Part shown: in pieces, positions 62,760-64,000 of the stretch
Layout of the letters: each line of letters starts with the position of its first letter
Position numbering within the stretch: the first letter of the stretch is position 1
Source: Mobula hypostoma
Taxonomy: Eukaryota
Direction: 5' to 3'
Assembly (NCBI RefSeq): GCF_963921235.1
Contig: NC_086097.1
Coordinates: 44,518,001 to 44,582,000, forward strand
Length of the DNA: 64,000 nt
Notes under the pieces: generated by a model
The model's database searches: none
Told to the model about the DNA's origin: nothing
The model's input: the letters and a program-made list of their open reading frames with translations, nothing else
Position numbers and translations under genes: made by a program

Positions 62760-63620
62760 GACAACTGTTAAGCTGCTGGCCACCTTATGCAGTCTTTCAC
62801 CTTCATAAACTGCGGTAGCAAGAGGAGTGATGATGCAGGGGAGTGAGTGCTGAAGATCCCATGGAGAGAGCTCTGTTTAGTTCCTCACTGAAAATCTGCT
62901 GACCCACAAGAGCTGCAGAATGTTGATAATGTCTTACCCTGAAGTCAACCAAGATTAGCATCTGCGAAGATTGTCTCAATTTCTCTACCAGGAAATATTC
63001 TGACTGGTTTATTGAAAATAACCAGAGGCCCAGGAACTAATTGATTGTAAACAAGATTTCTTGGACTTGGAAAAAAAACCATCAGGTCTTATGGAGAAAA
63101 TAAAATACAATTCCAAATATCCAAAAGTAAGACCTAACAAAAAAACCCATGACCTAAGAAAACAGGTGGTTGGTGGAAAAGATGTAGGAGATCCTTCACT
63201 ATTGTCACTACCTCCTATAGCTCAAATGCCCAAAAACTACCCCGTCAACAATAGATGAGAGGGTACCAAGGACCACTTCAAAATTTCTTCAAGTAGTTCT
63301 CTGTTTTTGATGGGAGTGCCCATGATTACTTTGTAAGTACAGCATCCATGATCTCTTGATGTTACTGCACCTGGCAAAAACTGACAATAATAGCCCAGGA
63401 CCAATTGAATTTCCTGCTGAAGGAATTAAATGAAGTGGAGACATTCTTGAGGGCCACATCCTTCACCTGGAATGAGGAGAGTGCGCCAGAGGATTGCCAA
63501 AGGAATTAAGTCCTCCCTATTCACTGTCACAGGGGAAGTTGTCACTGTAAGGATCCTCCACAACCATTTCCTCCAGGGATCAAACTATTTTTCCCAGAGA
63601 TTCAGTATGATTTCCATCCA
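62760..63620 (+). mobile_element. Old RTE-clade LINE ORF2 fragment
   Basis: Remnants DWFIENNQ (RTE DWFDEND-like), SPGPIEFPAE (KAPGPDGIPAE-like), WNEESAPED and GEVVTVRILHNH. Confidence 0.55.
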
Positions 63621-63669
63621 TCAAGATTATAAATTTAAGCGCTTACACCCCTCCTTTTGTCCCAACGAG

Positions 63670-63805
63670 CTGCAACACCCAGCAACTATCCTATTTTACC
63701 CCAGCCTAATTGCAGGACAATTTACAATGATCAATTAACCTACCAACCAGTATGTCTTTAGAATGTGGGAGGAAACCCACATGGTTCACGGGGAGAACAT
63801 GTACC
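63670..63805 (-). mobile_element. V-SINE-like fragment
   Basis: caattaacctaccaacc.gtatgtcttt.gaatgtgggaggaaacc..cacggggagaacatgtac, similar to 57350-57450. Confidence 0.55.
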
Positions 63806-64000
63806 CTGCACCAATGCCTCTACTTTCTGAGGAGGCTGAAGACAGCCGCACTTTGCACATACATTCTGACAAGCTGCATCTCTGCTTGGTACAGAAACTG
63901 CACTGTGGCGGACTGGAAGGCTCTATAATTAGTAGTCAAAACTGCCCAATGTATCACTGGCACCAGCCTCCCCACCATCAGGGACAGACAGTATATACAG

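Overview
Vertebrate, repeat-dominated, intron-like or intergenic DNA. The repeat mix suggests a cartilaginous fish such as a ray; this is inference only. I could not identify any host protein-coding gene. Most of the window is a nested mosaic of mobile elements: many CR1 LINEs (one near full-length copy at 40325-44878 with a 108-bp 5' monomer array, ORF1 esterase and ORF2 APE/RT; one young copy with an intact 501-codon RT frame), Penelope-like elements (PLEs, GIY-YIG) and their short terminal-repeat derivatives, Rex1/Babar-type and RTE LINE remnants, a decayed Gypsy LTR element interrupted by a Tc1 and two CR1s, two solo LTRs, a mariner fragment, and tRNA-derived SINEs. The most notable signals are two classes of self-cleaving ribozyme motif read directly from the sequence. 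One is an HDV-like ribozyme at the 5' end of a short RTE-derived element (54767-54880). The other is a set of minimal type-I hammerheads in the PLE terminal repeats (best copies 370-409, 28261-28297, 59749-59784), also carried by tiny TSD-flanked palindromic elements. Weaker signals are a candidate CpG/ETS/YY1 promoter near 5.2-5.3 kb, a few candidate micro-exons, and a local duplication with filled and empty LTR sites. Boundaries of degraded repeats are approximate.
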